A DNA stretch of 64,000 nucleotides from Squalus acanthias (lineage: Eukaryota): contig CM059438.1 in NCBI GenBank assembly GCA_030390025.1, forward strand, positions 59,832,001-59,896,000. The letters run 5' to 3'. Every line of letters starts with the position of its first letter. Position 1 is the first letter of the stretch. Below are positions 61,201-64,000 of the stretch, in pieces. Under the pieces are notes generated by a model. It was given only the letters and a program-made list of their open reading frames with translations, had not been told where the DNA came from and did not search any database. The translations under genes and the position numbers were made by a program.

Positions 61201-64000
61201 AGGCAGCACGAACAGGTGAGACCAGGGGCGGTGACACTATAGAGAGAGAGCAGCACGAACAGTGCGACCAGGGGCGGTGACACTATAGAGAGAGGCAGGC
61301 AGTGAACAGTGAGACCAGGGGCGGTGACACTATAGAGAGAGGCAGCACGAGACAGTGAGACCAGGGGCGGTGACACTATAGAGAGAGGCAGAGTGGAACT
61401 GTGAGACCAGGGGCGGTGACACTATAGAGAGAGGCAGAGTGAACAGTTGAGACCAGGGGCGGTGACACTATAGAGAGAGGCAGCACGAACAGTGAGACCA
61501 GGGGCGGTGACACTATAGAGAGAGGCAGCGTGAACAGTGAGACCAGGGGCGGTGACACTATAGGAGAGAGGCAGGCACGAACAGTGAGACCAGGGGCGGG
61601 TGACACATAGAGAGAGGCAGCACGAACAGTGAGACCAGGGCGGTGGACACTATAGAGAGAGGCAGCGTGAACAGTGAGACCAGGGGCGGGTGACACTATA
61701 GAGAGAGGCAGCAGAACAGTGAGACCAGGGGCGGTGACACTATAGAGAGAGGCAGCGTGAACAGTGAGACCAGGGGCGGTGACACTATAGAGAGAGGCAG
61801 CACGAACAGTGAGACCAGGGGCGGTGACACTATAGAGAGAGGCAGCGTGAACAGTGAGACCAGGGGCGGTGACACTATAGAGAGAGGCAGCACGAACAGT
61901 GAGACCAGGGGCGGTGACACTATAGAGAGAGGCAGCACGAACAGTGAGACCAGGGGCGGTGACACTATAGAGAGAGGCAGCACGAACAGTGAGACCAGGG
62001 GCGGTGACACTATAGAGAGAGGCAGCACGAACAGTGAGACCAGGGGCGGTGACACTATAGAGAGAGGCAGCACGAACAGTGAGACCAGGGGCGGTGACAC
62101 TATAGAGAGAGGCAGCACGAACAGTGAGACCAGGGGCGGTGACACTATAGAGAGAGGCAGCGTGAACAGTGAGACCAGGGGCGGTGACACTATAGAGAGA
62201 GGCAGCGTGAACAGTGAGACCAGGGGGCGGTGACACTATAGAGAGAGGCAGCACGAACAGTGAGACCAGGGGCGGTGACACTATAGAGAGAGGCAGCACG
62301 AACAGTGAGACCAGGGGCGGTGACACTATAGAGAGAGGCAGACGTGAACAGTGAGACCAGGGGCGGTGACACTATAGAGAGAGGCAGCACGGAACAGTGA
62401 GACCCGGGGCGGTGACACTATAGAGAGAGGCAGCCACGAACAGTGAGACCAGGGGCGGGTGACACTATAGAGAGAGGCAGCGTGAACAGTGAGACCAGGG
62501 GCGGTGACGCTATAGAGAGAGGCGCAGAACAGTGAGACCCAGGGGCGGTGTGACACTATAGAGAGAGGCAGCGTGAACAGTAGACCAGGGGCGGTGACAC
62601 AATAGAGAGAGAGGCAGCACGAACAGTGAGACCAGGGGCGGTGACGCTATAGAGAGAGGCAGCACGAACAGTGAGACCAGGGGCGGGTGACACTATAGAG
62701 AGAGGCAGCCCCGTGAACAGTGAGACAGGGGCGGTGACACTATAGAGAGAGGCAGCAGTGAACAGTGAGACCAGGGCGGGTGACACTATAGAGAGAGGCA
62801 GCACGAACAGTGAGACCAGGGGCGGTGACGCTATAGAGAGAGGCAGCACGAACAGTGAGACCAGGGGCGGGGTGACACTATAGAGAGAGGCAGCTGAACA
62901 GTGAGACCAGGGGCGGGTGACACTATAGAGAGAGAGGCAGCACGAACAGTGAGACCAGGGGCGGTGACACTATAGAGAGAGGCAGCACGAGACAGTGAGA
63001 CCAGGGGCGGTGACACTATAGAGAGAGGCAGCACGAACAGTGAGACCAGGGGCGGTGACACTATAGAGAGAGGCAGCACGACAGGTGAGACCAGGGGCGG
63101 TGACACTATAGAGAGAGGCAGCAGCGAACAGTGAGACCAGGGTGCGGTGACACTATAGAGAGAGGCAGCGTGAACAGAGAGACCAGGGGCGGTGACACTA
63201 TAAGAGTAGGCAGAGTTGAACAGTGAGACCAGGGTCGGTGACACTGACTTCGAACAGTGAGACCACAATACGCTAGAGAGGCAGCACGAACAGTGAGACC
63301 AGGGGGCGGGGACACTATAGAGAGAGGCAGAGGAACAGTGAGACCAGAGGGCGGTTGACACTATAGGAGTAGAGGCAGAGGTGAACAGTGAGACCAAGGG
63401 GCGGTTGACACTATAGAGAGAGGCAGCAAGAACAGTGAGACCAGGGGCGGTGACACTATAGAGAGAGGCAGCACGAACAGTGAGACCAGGGGCGGTGACA
63501 CTATAGAGAGAGGCAGCGTGAACAGTGAGACCAGGGGCGGTGACACTATAGAGAGAGGCAGAGTGAACAGTGAGACCAGGGGCGGTGACACTATAGAGAG
63601 AGGCAGAGTGAACAGTGAGACCAGGGGCGGTGACACTATAGAGAGAGGCAGCACGAACAGTGAGACCAGGGGCGGTGACACTATAGAGAGAGGCAGCGTG
63701 AACAGTGAGACCAGGGGCGGTGACACTATAGAGAGAGGCAGCACGAACAGTGAGACCAGGGGCGGTGACACTATAGAGAGAGGCAGAGTGAACAGTGAGA
63801 CCAGGGGCGGTGACACTATAGAGAGAGGCAGAGTGAACAGTGAGACCAGGGGCGGTGACACTATAGAGAGAGGCAGAGTGAACAGTGAGACCAGGGGCGG
63901 TGACACTATAGAGAGAGGCAGCACGAACAGTGAGACCAGGGGCGGTGACACTATAGAGAGAGGCAGCGTGAACAGTGAGACCAGGGGCGGTGACACTATA
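43210..64000. repeat. 45-bp satellite, about 460 units, runs off the right edge (GAACAGTGAGACCAGGGGCGGTGACACTATAGAGAGAGGCAG[CAC/CGT/AGT])
   Basis: Continuous array; leftmost units (43210-43375) are more diverged. Confidence 0.98.

Noticed and set aside
43168..63996. Long ORFs such as (NSETRGGDTIERGST)n, (LPLSIVSPPLVSLFV)n and (AASLYSVTAPGLTVR)n
   Set aside because: They follow from a 45-bp unit being stop-free in three frames; indels break frames at random and there is no splice or start context.
43210..64000. CRISPR-like array (constant repeat plus variable part)
   Set aside because: The variable part is 3 nt with three states; there are no unique spacers or cas genes, and the context is eukaryotic.
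43210..64000. RAG recombination signal heptamer (AACAGTG resembles CACAGTG)
   Set aside because: The essential first C is missing and there is no nonamer at 12 or 23 bp.

Overview
Eukaryotic, most likely cartilaginous-fish (shark-like) genomic DNA; the taxon is inferred from the CR1/L2/tRNA-SINE/Penelope repeat content. The window lies inside one + strand, intron-rich gene for a GLIPR2/GAPR-1-like protein built of tandem CAP (SCP/PR-1) domains. Eight exons can be reconstructed by hand, all phase 1-1 with GT/AG boundaries, as a 219/78/249-nt module repeated 2.67 times. Domains 1 and 2 are about 96% identical at the DNA level and domain 3 is divergent. The start and end of the gene lie outside the window. 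The introns hold nested transposons: two near-full-length CR1 LINEs, CR1/L2 fragments, Harbinger-, hAT- and Tigger-like MITEs, and a Penelope-type hairpin with two hammerhead motifs. They also hold three notable tandem arrays: a 23-bp array with higher-order structure (1-3383), a 34-bp array carrying 14 perfect estrogen-response-element cores (39513-40256), and a >20-kb 45-bp satellite with three interspersed variants (43210-64000). Most ORFs in the supplied track are artefacts of these repeats. All coordinates and counts were read by eye.
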